Shown: piece by piece, positions 28,945 to 38,814 of the stretch
Numbering within the stretch: position 1 is the first letter of the stretch
Layout of the letters: every line of letters starts with the position of its first letter
Assembly (NCBI GenBank): GCA_048882485.1
Contig: JBHLRP010000003.1
Span: 96,001 to 160,000, forward strand
Direction of reading: 5' to 3'
Length of the DNA stretch: 64,000 bases
Source: Candidatus Thorarchaeota archaeon
Lineage (GTDB): Archaea; Asgardarchaeota; Thorarchaeia; Thorarchaeales; Thorarchaeaceae
Notes under the pieces: generated by a model
Databases searched by the model: none
Seen by the model: only the letters and a program-made list of their open reading frames with translations
Told to the model about the DNA's origin: nothing
Translations under genes and position numbers: made by a program

Positions 28945-30405
28945 ATGAGCAAAGATCCTAAGGACTCCCCCGAGCGAACGGGAGTAGTCGACGAATTGCT
29001 TGAGGAACTTGGTGTTGATGAGAGTCTCAAAAAGGATCTCATCGATTCAGGACGAATGCAGACTGATGTCTTCATGGTAGAGTCTGCAGAGCAAGTTCGC
29101 CGGCGGTTGGAGATAGAACGGAGTGCTGAAAGGCTCAGAGATAGTCTTGTCCTACTTGAACGCAACATGATGAATGTTGATGCTACCGTTGACAGGGTCG
29201 AACGTGACCTAGTACCGGTTGTACTCTCTTTCTTGGTTGGACTAAAGGGGAACCTTGTGAATCTTAGGACGTCAATTATTGGTCGGAGCAAGCGAAGAGC
29301 CAAGACAAACCTACAGGCTGCTTATGTTGAAACAGAGGTCAAATCCATCGTTGAAGAAGAGTTCGAGAAAGTTGAGGAAACACTCACTACCGGTATGTCT
29401 GCTCCAATAATGGAGAAGGTGAAAGACATCACAGATGGCCTCAAGGGCTCCATGAAGACTACATTTGAAGAAATGACCACCCTAAAGTCAAGCGTGGATG
29501 GTTTCACACAGCGCGCAACAACAGAGCTTGAGTTTCTTTCTAAGGAGCTGTTGATGAAGCCAAAGGAAATCACTTCTGTTGAACTCACCAGCAAAGTCAA
29601 GGAGCTCGAAAGACAAGTAGAGGAGCTCACACGTGATTTGGGTGTTGCTGAGGAGCGCCTGAAGAATAGAGAAGAAGAGATTGCCAGAGTTCAAACTGAT
29701 TACAATGAAGCCAAAGCCAAAGAGGATTTGCTTGAAGAAACCATTGCGAAGATGAAGGCTGCTCCTCAGGTTGATGCAGATGTTCTGGTTGACCTTAGAC
29801 AAAAGGTAAAGTCTCTAGAAACCGAACGCGATCTTCTAGCAAAGCGAGTGGGAGAGGAAGAGAGTCGTGCTTCCACTGCGGAAACGGCGGCAGCTGAACA
29901 CCGATCAATGGTTTCAAAGAAGGAAATTGAGATTGGTGACTTGAAAGCTCAAGGAGCTGGACTTCAGAGTCAAATCGATTCTACTAGGGAACAACTGCTT
30001 GAAGTTGACGATCTTCGAGCGCGCCTTCGATCATATGAGTCGGGAGACAAGATGCGAGAGCTTGAACGCTTGCATAGTGAATATGATCGAATCAATGCTA
30101 CATTTGAAAGAATGAAGAAGGACCACGATAAGACCCTTGCACGCCTACGGTATACAGAGCTGCGCTTGGAAGGATATCTCGGGCTTATGGAAGCAACTGA
30201 CAAGACAAAGGGCTTCCTAATGATTGAGGAGAATAAAGAGATGTCCGTAAAGGCGATAGCCAATGCATTGGGCGTGTCCCAACCCATAGTCAGGAAATGG
30301 GCTGAGGATTACCAGAAGCTCGGTATTGCGCAGATTAAGGATGACGGAGAAACAATTGTCCTTGACAAGATGTTGATAGTACTGGAAGAGGATGAGGGGC
30401 AGTAG
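28945..30405 (+). CDS. Long coiled-coil protein with C-terminal winged helix
   Basis: Heptad-rich E/K/R body, C-terminal MSVKAIANALGVSQPIVRKWAEDYQKLG. Confidence 0.78.
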   Translation: MSKDPKDSPERTGVVDELLEELGVDESLKKDLIDSGRMQTDVFMVESAEQVRRRLEIERSAERLRDSLVLLERNMMNVDATVDRVERDLVPVVLSFLVGLKGNLVNLRTSIIGRSKRRAKTNLQAAYVETEVKSIVEEEFEKVEETLTTGMSAPIMEKVKDITDGLKGSMKTTFEEMTTLKSSVDGFTQRATTELEFLSKELLMKPKEITSVELTSKVKELERQVEELTRDLGVAEERLKNREEEIARVQTDYNEAKAKEDLLEETIAKMKAAPQVDADVLVDLRQKVKSLETERDLLAKRVGEEESRASTAETAAAEHRSMVSKKEIEIGDLKAQGAGLQSQIDSTREQLLEVDDLRARLRSYESGDKMRELERLHSEYDRINATFERMKKDHDKTLARLRYTELRLEGYLGLMEATDKTKGFLMIEENKEMSVKAIANALGVSQPIVRKWAEDYQKLGIAQIKDDGETIVLDKMLIVLEEDEGQ

Positions 30406-30406
30406 T

Positions 30407-30859
30407 CTAGGCCTTCTGCACCTTACTAAAGAATTGGACTACCTCTAATTGCCCGTCTATCTGCAACACACTCTCGTAGAGCTTCTCAATCCATTCTGAG
30501 CTTGCTGAGCTAGTCATATATTGCTTCATAGCGGGTTTCAAGACATCCTGCACGAAAGTCCTTCTCAGACATTCGAGAGCCTCGACTAGCTCAGCACCCA
30601 ATTGACCGGACCTAAGAGCGTTTTTCACAGCAAGATATTGCACTCTACATTTTCGTGATGCGACATGTCTTTTCCTTGGTCCATCCAGAGCTTGCTTTGC
30701 TAGAGAGAAGTACTAGTCTGTGGCTTTGCTGAAGTCAGTGACTGCTAGATACTTGGTTTCTGAACACCGGCTAAGGAATGGCCTAGTCCTGTCAGTGACT
30801 GAACCAAACAGGCCGCTGAGTGTTTGGAACTCCCTAGGTTTCTTCAACAGAAAAACCAT
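30407..30859 (-). pseudogene. 150-codon hypothetical protein gene with one in-frame TAG (pseudogene, sequence error or readthrough)
   Basis: ATG at 30859 is in frame with track ORF 30407..30643. The only stop between them is TAG at 30713-30715. Confidence 0.6.
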
Positions 30860-30888
30860 CAGCAAATGGGTCTGAACTCATTTTAATC

Positions 30889-32001
30889 TTGACACTCCCA
30901 TTATTCTCACACACCATAAGACGAATAAGAGTCAACGGGAACGAGACCCTGATTATGAAGGAAGCAGTGCTCTATTCCAACCTGAAGGAAGGAGTCAGAT
31001 GTGATCTATGCGCCAGAAGGTGTGTCATACGTGAGGGTGAAACCGGTTTCTGTAGAGTGAGAAGCCTGAAGAATTCCAAGCTATACACATCTGTCTATGG
31101 GCTGATTGATGGAATGGCAGCTGATCCAATCGAGAAGAAACCCTTGTTTCACTTTGCGCCTGGTTCTAGAACATTCTCTATTAGCACCTCTTCGTGTAAC
31201 TTCAGATGTCAATTCTGTTTGAACTATCATTCCTCCCACCGTGATAGTCCAGTAGGTCGCCAAATGAGTCCTGAAGCAATCGTGAATCAGGCTGAACAGA
31301 CAGAATGCGCTGGAATAACATACACATATACTGAGCCCACTATCTTCATGGAGCTCGCATATGATACTGCAAGGATAGCAAACTCGAAGGGAATGTTCAA
31401 CACATTTGTCACTAATGGCTACATGACAGTAGAGGCAGTAGACTACATTGCACCGTATCTTGATGCCGCATCTGTTAACCTCAAAGGAAGTGCTAACAAA
31501 GCGTTCATGCAGCAGTACATGGACGTCCCTAAGCCTGAGCCTATATTCAATTCAATGATCCGCATGAAGGAGAGGGGCATCTTCATAGAAATAACAAATC
31601 TGATTATTCCCGAAATTGGTGATCATGAAAATGACACAAGAGCTTTATCAGAGTGGGTTGTGGATAATCTTGGTCCTAGGACTCCGCTTCATATAATTGC
31701 TTTTTCTCCTACATTTAAGATTACGAACCTTCCCCGAACTCCAGCAAGAATGCTGGAGAGGCACATCAAGATAGCAAGAGACTCTGGACTGACCTTTGTT
31801 TATTCTGGAAACATAGGTGGACATGACTACGAGAATACATACTGTCCGGAATGCGGCTATAGGGCAATAGAGCGCTATGGAGTTTATTTGAAGAGGAACC
31901 ATCTCAACAAACAAGGTAACTGCCCAAATTGTAATGCAAATCTGAATATTCAGGGAGTGCAATGGATGGGCGAGGGCACTCCACGCCTGACCTTTTTCTA
32001 G
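30889..32001 (+). CDS. amrS: AmmeMemoRadiSam system radical SAM enzyme
   Basis: CDLCARRC, GFCRVR, DPIEKKPLFHF, CNFRCQFC, YTYTEP, NTYCPECG. Likely start ATG 30955. Confidence 0.92.
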   Translation: MTLPLFSHTIRRIRVNGNETLIMKEAVLYSNLKEGVRCDLCARRCVIREGETGFCRVRSLKNSKLYTSVYGLIDGMAADPIEKKPLFHFAPGSRTFSISTSSCNFRCQFCLNYHSSHRDSPVGRQMSPEAIVNQAEQTECAGITYTYTEPTIFMELAYDTARIANSKGMFNTFVTNGYMTVEAVDYIAPYLDAASVNLKGSANKAFMQQYMDVPKPEPIFNSMIRMKERGIFIEITNLIIPEIGDHENDTRALSEWVVDNLGPRTPLHIIAFSPTFKITNLPRTPARMLERHIKIARDSGLTFVYSGNIGGHDYENTYCPECGYRAIERYGVYLKRNHLNKQGNCPNCNANLNIQGVQWMGEGTPRLTFF

Positions 32002-32906
32002 GAGAATTTGCTATGCATGTGATGAATGTCCTCTGGCGACCTACAAGTCGGGATACCTTCGAGCCCGGATTAAGGGTTTGGCCAACTGATGCAGACACAC
32101 CACATTTTCTATCGCTTCCATCAGAATACGATGTGAGATGGACCATCCTAGGTCCCAAACATTGCATTGGCCACGTAGATTCACAAGGCATACCGGTGAG
32201 ATGTCCTGAGCATAGTCTGGTTCGCAGAGGTATGCGTCGATGTGGTCCATGTTCTGCAATGGACGAAATGGATCCCTGTATTCGTTGTGACGGGAGCTAC
32301 TGCAACGCTAATGAAGAGCGAAAGGAGCGATGCCGTTCCACTGAATATGCCGTTTATCTGGCTGTCTTCAATGATGGCACTCTGAAGATTGGCGTTTCTT
32401 CAAGAGCAAGGATAGAAACCAGATGGGTTGAACAGGGCGCAGACTACGGTGGAGTGATTGGAATCATTGAAGGAGGTTTGAAGGCTCGACAAATTGAGCA
32501 CAAACTGGGTTCTAGATCTGAAGTCAAAAAGCAGGTCAGAGCTGAAAGGAAGGCTTTGCACCTTTTGAAGCCTATCAGTCTGGGGAGGGCTCAAGAAATC
32601 GCGCAAGGTTTTCTTGACACTGTCAAGGAGAAAGAGATTGAATCAGAAATAACACTTCAGGACCTATCGAAATACTATCCTATTGATTCATTGAACGCAG
32701 AACCTCAGAGGTGGAGGTCGGGAAGAACTCCAATTGAAGGCCTCCAGTTGGCTGGACAAGTTCTAGGCATGAAAGGATCACTGCTTGTGACCCGATTTGG
32801 CTCAGCCTTCACAGTAGCAAACCTGTCAGAGCTAATTGGCTACTCCATAGATGATACTTCTGAAGTGCGAATGACTGCTCAAACAGGCCTTCTTGATTTC
32901 TTATGA
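31962..32906 (+). CDS. DUF2797 domain protein
   Basis: Cys-rich N-part, VYLA, LKIGVS, RWVEQGA, GMKGSLL. Confidence 0.8.
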   Translation: MDGRGHSTPDLFLGEFAMHVMNVLWRPTSRDTFEPGLRVWPTDADTPHFLSLPSEYDVRWTILGPKHCIGHVDSQGIPVRCPEHSLVRRGMRRCGPCSAMDEMDPCIRCDGSYCNANEERKERCRSTEYAVYLAVFNDGTLKIGVSSRARIETRWVEQGADYGGVIGIIEGGLKARQIEHKLGSRSEVKKQVRAERKALHLLKPISLGRAQEIAQGFLDTVKEKEIESEITLQDLSKYYPIDSLNAEPQRWRSGRTPIEGLQLAGQVLGMKGSLLVTRFGSAFTVANLSELIGYSIDDTSEVRMTAQTGLLDFL

Positions 32907-33810
32907 TGTTCAGATAAGTTATATCTGGCCAATTGTCCTGTCAGTAATTACGATGAGTGAGCCAGAAGACCATGGTGCAAAGGTCCGCTACCTCTCCCTG
33001 GTGAGAAGGGAGGGAGGTGAGCCAATAATAGGCATTCCCTATCGTGAGATGTCTGTGGACCCAGACTTGGTCGCGAGTTTTGTCCTTGCTATCATCATCT
33101 TTGAGAACCGCCAGTTGAAAACATTCACAAAAGAAGGCTATGTCGTAGTCATCGAAGAAGGGGACTATGTGGTTGGGCTACTCATCATTGATAAGGTGGA
33201 GGATGATACAGAGTACCGACAGGCGCTGATCAAACTCATTGAGCAATTCGAATCAGAATACGAAATACATCTACAAAACTGGAAGGGTGACATTCGTCCT
33301 TTCAGGGAGTACGCTCTCACCATTCTCGGGATTTTCCCATATCGAAAACTCGATTGGGAATTGGTTCCTCGAATGGTCACAAAATCCGAGGCAACTCCTG
33401 ATCTTCAAGCAACCATACCTTGGAGTGTTGGGGAAACTGATGAGAAATTGCAGCTAATCTCAGGATACATCAATGGCAAGCGGTCAATTGGTGAGATTAT
33501 TGATCAGGCTGAGATACCTGAGGCTGAAGCATTAGCGCTATTTTCAATGCTTGATCGGTACAAATGGATTACATTGAGCAGACGTTTGGAAGAGAAGAGT
33601 ATACTAGTGAAGGTGATGGAGCCTCCCCTTTTATTGCGAGGGGTATACGGGGACCAGCTGACAGCTCTTGTGGAACTCTGTGATGGCACCAAAACTCTTC
33701 TCGAAATCTGTGAATCATTACCGTACAATATGGAAGCAGTCAAAACGGTAGCAAAGAATCTGATAGATGCTGGGGTGCTAGGTTACCATGATTTGGAATT
33801 GGCAAAATAG
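32893..33810 (+). CDS. Longin-like domain + two winged-helix domains (NPRL2/3-like architecture)
   Basis: VDPDLVASFVLAI...WKGDIRPF longin-like N-domain; YINGKRSIGEI and LCDGTKTLLEI wHTH repeats. Likely start ATG 32953. Confidence 0.65.
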   Translation: MISYDVQISYIWPIVLSVITMSEPEDHGAKVRYLSLVRREGGEPIIGIPYREMSVDPDLVASFVLAIIIFENRQLKTFTKEGYVVVIEEGDYVVGLLIIDKVEDDTEYRQALIKLIEQFESEYEIHLQNWKGDIRPFREYALTILGIFPYRKLDWELVPRMVTKSEATPDLQATIPWSVGETDEKLQLISGYINGKRSIGEIIDQAEIPEAEALALFSMLDRYKWITLSRRLEEKSILVKVMEPPLLLRGVYGDQLTALVELCDGTKTLLEICESLPYNMEAVKTVAKNLIDAGVLGYHDLELAK

Positions 33811-33875
33811 CGAATTTCTCCCTTCACCAGCAAAGGCTATTAACATAGCATCACCGCTCTCAGAATGCGCAAAGA

Positions 33876-34736
33876 ATGAATACTGGAGAGGAGGTATGGC
33901 TGAACTTGTCAATTGATACCAAGAAGGTCAGATATATCTCCCTTATCCGGATGGAAGGCGGCGAATCTGTTCTCAACGTGCCTTACGCTGAAATGACTGT
34001 TGATCCGGACCTCATCGCTGGCTTTGTCACAGCTGTGATTATTTTTGCCAAGACTCCAATTCGAACAATAAGAAAAGCTGCATATGATATTCTAATTGAA
34101 GTTGGAGAGACCGTGTTGGTCCTTCTTGTAGTTGACCCAGTTCCTGATGAAGCTCCATACCGTGAGAAACTCAATAAGATTCTACAAGAAGTCGAAGCAA
34201 CCCATGGTAGGAAATTGAAGGATTTTGAAGGCGATGTCAGAATATTCAGGGATTTTGCCCTGAATATTATCAAGGAGTTTCCATATATGGAGATTGACCT
34301 TGACCTGGTACCTATACGTAGGTCTGGAGGGTCTAGGATAGGATTTCGTGTTGGCGATGTTGACAAAAAGCTGGAGCAGGTGGAGGCTTTCATCAATGGA
34401 AAACGCACAGTTGCTGAGATACTCGATTTGATTGGCCTGCCAGAAGATGAGGTTCTTGCAGCGATTTCTGCTCTTGCCAAGTATAAATGGATAGGCTTCA
34501 AACGCAGGCTCACAGAGAACGATGTTCTCGTGCATAATGATTGTCAAGACATAGATATCGATAAGCTTCGAATCCAATACGAAGCTAATGCAGTAGATGG
34601 CTTGATTGCCAGTTTTGATGGTGTGAAATCAATTACTGAGGTTTTCCAATCATTGCAAAATGACCGCTACGATCGCAATGCGCTTTGGTTTCTGATCCAC
34701 AAGCTTGTAGAATATGGTTGCCTTACACCGGCCTAA
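33876..34736 (+). CDS. Longin-like domain + two winged-helix domains (paralog of preceding gene)
   Basis: VDPDLIAGFVTAV...FEGDVRIF; FINGKRTVAEI and FDGVKSITEV. Confidence 0.65.
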   Translation: MNTGEEVWLNLSIDTKKVRYISLIRMEGGESVLNVPYAEMTVDPDLIAGFVTAVIIFAKTPIRTIRKAAYDILIEVGETVLVLLVVDPVPDEAPYREKLNKILQEVEATHGRKLKDFEGDVRIFRDFALNIIKEFPYMEIDLDLVPIRRSGGSRIGFRVGDVDKKLEQVEAFINGKRTVAEILDLIGLPEDEVLAAISALAKYKWIGFKRRLTENDVLVHNDCQDIDIDKLRIQYEANAVDGLIASFDGVKSITEVFQSLQNDRYDRNALWFLIHKLVEYGCLTPA

Positions 34737-34742
34737 TGTGTT

Positions 34743-35567
34743 TCAAAGCGGTGTATCATCACCAGGGATTCCAACAACATCGCTTCTACATTGCTGACAC
34801 TGATGAAACTGCTTAATATACTCTGAAGCGCTCTTTCTTGCCGCTGCCAATTCGCGGCCAGAAGGTGCTTTCATTCGTATCATACTGTCGTTTGGAACCA
34901 GTGGCACTATGTTATGAAGAGTAGCTCCAGCTTCAGAGATACTTCTAGCCAATGAATCAATATCGCCTCCGTTTATGGATGGAATAAGAATGGTATTTGC
35001 TTTTACACGAATGCCCCCGCTACATGCTCTGCGAATCCCTTCCAGTTGTTTCTCAATAATGCGTTTCCCCATCTTCTCCCCCCGCATAAGTCTTCCATCA
35101 ATTATAGCCCATTCGTAGATTCTCGCGGCGGATTGAGGATTGACTGTGCTTATAGATACTGACACGGTTTCAAGATTGATTCTCAGAAGGCTTGGAATCT
35201 GCGACGCAAGTAATATTCCATTTGTGCTCAAGCAGAAATGGATACCCGGCAAGGCTGTCTTGATTTTCTGAAGAGTGTGGAGCGTTGCATCATTTGCTAG
35301 CGGCTCTCCAGGACCTGATACTGCCACGATTCTAAGATTGGGCCTTCTTTCGATTTCCTCAATAGCTCTATTCACAGCATCTTCAGAATTCATCAATATT
35401 CGCGAAGCACCAGGCACATGAGTGTGACAAGCAGAAGCACCCTTTCCATCACAGAATGCACATTTCACATTGCATACTCTTGCCACCGGTAGATGAATTC
35501 GCTCCCAGATGCTTTGTCTGCAATCAGACCAACATGGATGAAGTTCGGCTGGATACGCTAGTTGCAT
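34743..35567 (-). CDS. Stand-alone NifB-like radical SAM protein
   Basis: HPCW, RIHLPVARVCNVKCAFC, SGPGEPLAN, CLSTNG, CQQCRSDVVG. Confidence 0.85.
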   Translation of the reverse strand: MQLAYPAELHPCWSDCRQSIWERIHLPVARVCNVKCAFCDGKGASACHTHVPGASRILMNSEDAVNRAIEEIERRPNLRIVAVSGPGEPLANDATLHTLQKIKTALPGIHFCLSTNGILLASQIPSLLRINLETVSVSISTVNPQSAARIYEWAIIDGRLMRGEKMGKRIIEKQLEGIRRACSGGIRVKANTILIPSINGGDIDSLARSISEAGATLHNIVPLVPNDSMIRMKAPSGRELAAARKSASEYIKQFHQCQQCRSDVVGIPGDDTPL

Positions 35568-35578
35568 TGCTTAATCAC

Positions 35579-35971
35579 TTAAGTTAGGTCTCGTAGAATC
35601 TTGCTTGCCTCTCTTGCAGCAAGCTTTGCATCGTTGAAGATTAAACCCAATCTTGCATTTTCTGGCGCAGTTACGGCTAGGAGGTATTCTGAGGGCATTG
35701 TAACAACAAGTGTAGATCCTCGGCTTCCCTGAATTATTATAGATTTGAGATTCCCTTGACGTAGTTCTCGAACTGTCTGTTCTCCTGCAGAGTGAATGCC
35801 TGCTACCATTGCAGCTACAGCAACCTCTTCGGTTCTGCCATGAAAGTGACTCACGAGTGGCAATCCTTCCACAGAAAGTATGGCGGCACCAAGAATCGGC
35901 GAATTATTAGAGAGTTTCTTCAGAACCTCTTTGAGTATGCCAGGCATATCTTCCGCGACAGGCTTTGCCAA
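35579..35971 (-). CDS. Roadblock/LC7 (MglB/LAMTOR-like) protein
   Basis: AAILSVEGLPL, VAAMVAGI, LKSIIIQGSRG, ARLGLIF. Confidence 0.9.
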   Translation of the reverse strand: MAKPVAEDMPGILKEVLKKLSNNSPILGAAILSVEGLPLVSHFHGRTEEVAVAAMVAGIHSAGEQTVRELRQGNLKSIIIQGSRGSTLVVTMPSEYLLAVTAPENARLGLIFNDAKLAAREASKILRDLT

Positions 35972-36080
35972 CTTCCATCCCTCGAAATGAATCGGTCATC
36001 TCTCAAACGGCACTACTATCTGTTGGGAGGCTGGTAGCAAATAAAGCTTGGGAGCATATGTCCTGCGGGGCGGTTTGTAT

Positions 36081-37082
36081 CTATCCTATGAGTCTGACTG
36101 ATGTCACGGTATCACTGTGTATCGAACGAGCGGGAGTCTTCATGATTCTTAGTACATTGTTTGCATGCTTCTCCATCTCAACGTCGCGGAGCATGTCAAC
36201 GAAATCTAGACCGGTTGTCACAGCTAGTCCTTTCAGTGGCTTACCTGCCTTGCAGGATTCCAAGAGGTCGGTTGCGGAAACAACTTTGCAGCGTAAGCCA
36301 TCGCCAACATGTTTCTGCAAATGAGAAATCCCTTTTCTTGCGATTCCTTTGCTTTCCCTTTGTTCAGACGTATAGACCCTTCTTTTTGCGATATTGCGGA
36401 GTCTTGCCAAGCCCCCTTCAATGATTTCATCCGATGTTATCGTGGTTCCATAGAGGTGACTTACATCCTTCGTTGTTGAGGTCACAAGCCATGCTGTGCC
36501 ATATGCCGCTTGGTATCGCATGCCCTTTAGAATCTCTGACTCACTAAGAAGTGTAATCGAACGATACCCCTTGTACTCTACTGAGATTGTCCAATTCAGA
36601 TCTTTATGCTTCACCATAAGATCCGGAGTCAAGCCCCCTCCAGTAGATGGGACACTTGTTTCCACATTGGGAAACAGATGAGTGATATAAGCCTCAAATG
36701 CTTCATGAAACATGTTGTGCCTTAGATTCCTTGCCTCCTGCGGATGTCGGAGGCCTGCTTCCTGGTAGAGAACAGGCATCTCCATCTTTTGTCCTGTCTT
36801 AAGTCGGACTTCGTTTTTCGTGGTAAGCTTTCCTCGAGCGTGGTTTTGCTGTACAAGATGAATTGCTGCGGTTCGTCCAATCAAATGAAACATTGCCTTT
36901 CCCAATTCTATCCCTTGGGGCGTTTTCCTTCCTTCCTGCTTTCTCTTGGACTCTTTGTATGCCCAGTCTATGACTTCCTGTGCATCGTTGCCAAGTAGGT
37001 GGAAGATTGAGCTAAGCTTCTCGCCCAGATTGTATCTCCTTACATACTTCTTCAGTTCTGGTGCATACTTTATTCTTCCCAA
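36081..37082 (-). CDS. Restriction endonuclease-like PD-(D/E)XK protein
   Basis: FE...TPDLMV...SVEYKG motif. Basic protein. Confidence 0.6.
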   Translation of the reverse strand: MGRIKYAPELKKYVRRYNLGEKLSSIFHLLGNDAQEVIDWAYKESKRKQEGRKTPQGIELGKAMFHLIGRTAAIHLVQQNHARGKLTTKNEVRLKTGQKMEMPVLYQEAGLRHPQEARNLRHNMFHEAFEAYITHLFPNVETSVPSTGGGLTPDLMVKHKDLNWTISVEYKGYRSITLLSESEILKGMRYQAAYGTAWLVTSTTKDVSHLYGTTITSDEIIEGGLARLRNIAKRRVYTSEQRESKGIARKGISHLQKHVGDGLRCKVVSATDLLESCKAGKPLKGLAVTTGLDFVDMLRDVEMEKHANNVLRIMKTPARSIHSDTVTSVRLIG

Positions 37083-37125
37083 GTGTCTACACTCTCAAGG
37101 TTAATTGCAGGATTCCTCTCTGGAC

Positions 37126-37758
37126 CTACATTATATCCTTTATCAGCTTGACCTCTTGTGTTTCGTCATCATAGGAAATAAGCTCGGCATTCCTCAAGTC
37201 GTGGATTGCTTTCATGACAGCCGTAGCCATGATTCCTGTACTAGCTTCAATATTCTTCCTTGTGATAGCAGTCTTGGTATTATGAAGAGTGTATAGGACT
37301 CTTGCATGAGGTTTTCCGCCGAAGATGTTTTCAATAAGGATAATATAGATCGCTAGAAGGTCACTGACATCTACCTTCTCTTGGAGTTTCTCCTTCTCAG
37401 CCGATGTTTCACGATACAGTTCTGATACTCGTTCAAGTTTCGTATTGATTTCATCCATCTCAGCTCGGAGTTCATCACGCTCCTTTCTGAGATCTTCAAT
37501 CTCCGAGTCTTTTGTCGTGTCCGATTTCAGAGCCTCCAATTCAGACTCTGCATTGTTTGCTCTTTCCTCAGCTGCCCAGGCCTCTTCTTCAGCTTCTCTC
37601 TTTGCAGCACGGAGCTCTTCTGCTTCGCCAGTGTATTTGTCAATGTCTGCGGACAGCGCTTCATGTTCTTCCAGCAGTTTGGCAATACTATTCCTCAGCT
37701 CATCGAAATCCTCGAGTGTCTTCTCTTTATCCAATGACATTGTATCTCCACCAATCAT
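37126..37758 (-). CDS. Coiled-coil protein with C-terminal winged helix
   Basis: Acidic heptads, then PHARVLYTLH...ITRKNIEASTG...AIHDLRNAELI. Confidence 0.78.
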   Translation of the reverse strand: MIGGDTMSLDKEKTLEDFDELRNSIAKLLEEHEALSADIDKYTGEAEELRAAKREAEEEAWAAEERANNAESELEALKSDTTKDSEIEDLRKERDELRAEMDEINTKLERVSELYRETSAEKEKLQEKVDVSDLLAIYIILIENIFGGKPHARVLYTLHNTKTAITRKNIEASTGIMATAVMKAIHDLRNAELISYDDETQEVKLIKDIM

Positions 37759-37890
37759 GCCTGACTATTCAGTGTCTTATATCAGTTTCACGTCCTAGTC
37801 AGTTGCTTTCGTTTGAATCTATATTATACCTCCAGTTTTCAATTGATTTAGTGGCAACTCAGACGCATTGAAAGCATGCAATTGTTGCTT

Positions 37891-38814
37891 TCATAGAATT
37901 GGAATTATGAAGTAACCGACAAGGAGTGTGGATAGCAACGAAGCCGTTACTATGACCCAAATCCGTCTGCTCCACCGCCATATTGTGCTGCCATCAAATC
38001 CTGGAATGGGTATCATGTTGAAAAGACCAAGGAACGAATTAAGCAACATTCCGTAGAAGATTATGAAATCAACCGGGTATGCCAATGCTCCTGTGGTGAT
38101 TGCCAATATCTCTGCAATGATGAAAAGCAGTCCTGCGACAATTAGATTTGATAATGGACCTGCAACTGTTGATTTGGCGTAGTCATCAACATCACTTACT
38201 CCTCCAACTGCCATTACCCCCGTGCCAAAAATGGGGATAGCAAAAAGGATTGCTACCGCGGACAGATAGTATCCCTGCATTGTCATGCGGAAATGTGCGT
38301 ACATCCCATATCTCTGAGCTACAAACTTGTGTGCAAACTCATGAATCATGAATGACAACCAAAAGATGGAGATCAGAGCCAATGGATACCACCATAACCC
38401 ACCCAGGATGAGTCCAGGAAGTCTGATAATTCCATTGAGGATTCCAATTGGTGGCCCTCCAATGATAGAGATGCTAACCAGAATAGTAAGAACAGTGGCA
38501 ATCCCAAGATCTCTTACCTCTGTATCTGTGAATCTTCGCTTTCTTGGTTTCCTCACTTTCACTGGTCGTGGCCGAGCAATTATGTCTTCATCGTAGTCTT
38601 CATCATCATACTGCCCTGTGAATGATTCTGTGATTTTCCTCCGAGCATCATCTTTGACCTTTTGCATTGCAGCGCATCCGTGTCCCTCTGGAAGTCTATG
38701 GTCAGCACAATAGATTCCTCTGCAATACGGACATGTAAAAGTCAGGTCTTCTTTGCCGCATAAGGAGCAGTTGGCCATAGTTGTTGCCTCTTTGAGTTCT
38801 CGATTTCTGCCCAT
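37891..38814 (-). CDS. AN1-type zinc finger fused to M50 (site-2) intramembrane metalloprotease
   Basis: CSLC...FTCPYCRGIYCADHRLPEGHGC; HEFAH, AGPLSN, FNMIPIPGFDG. Likely start ATG 38778. Confidence 0.92.
   Translation of the reverse strand: MGRNRELKEATTMANCSLCGKEDLTFTCPYCRGIYCADHRLPEGHGCAAMQKVKDDARRKITESFTGQYDDEDYDEDIIARPRPVKVRKPRKRRFTDTEVRDLGIATVLTILVSISIIGGPPIGILNGIIRLPGLILGGLWWYPLALISIFWLSFMIHEFAHKFVAQRYGMYAHFRMTMQGYYLSAVAILFAIPIFGTGVMAVGGVSDVDDYAKSTVAGPLSNLIVAGLLFIIAEILAITTGALAYPVDFIIFYGMLLNSFLGLFNMIPIPGFDGSTIWRWSRRIWVIVTASLLSTLLVGYFIIPIL

Noticed and set aside
34743-35567. Evidence of nitrogen fixation
   Set aside because: No other nif genes in the window, and two NifB signature motifs are altered.
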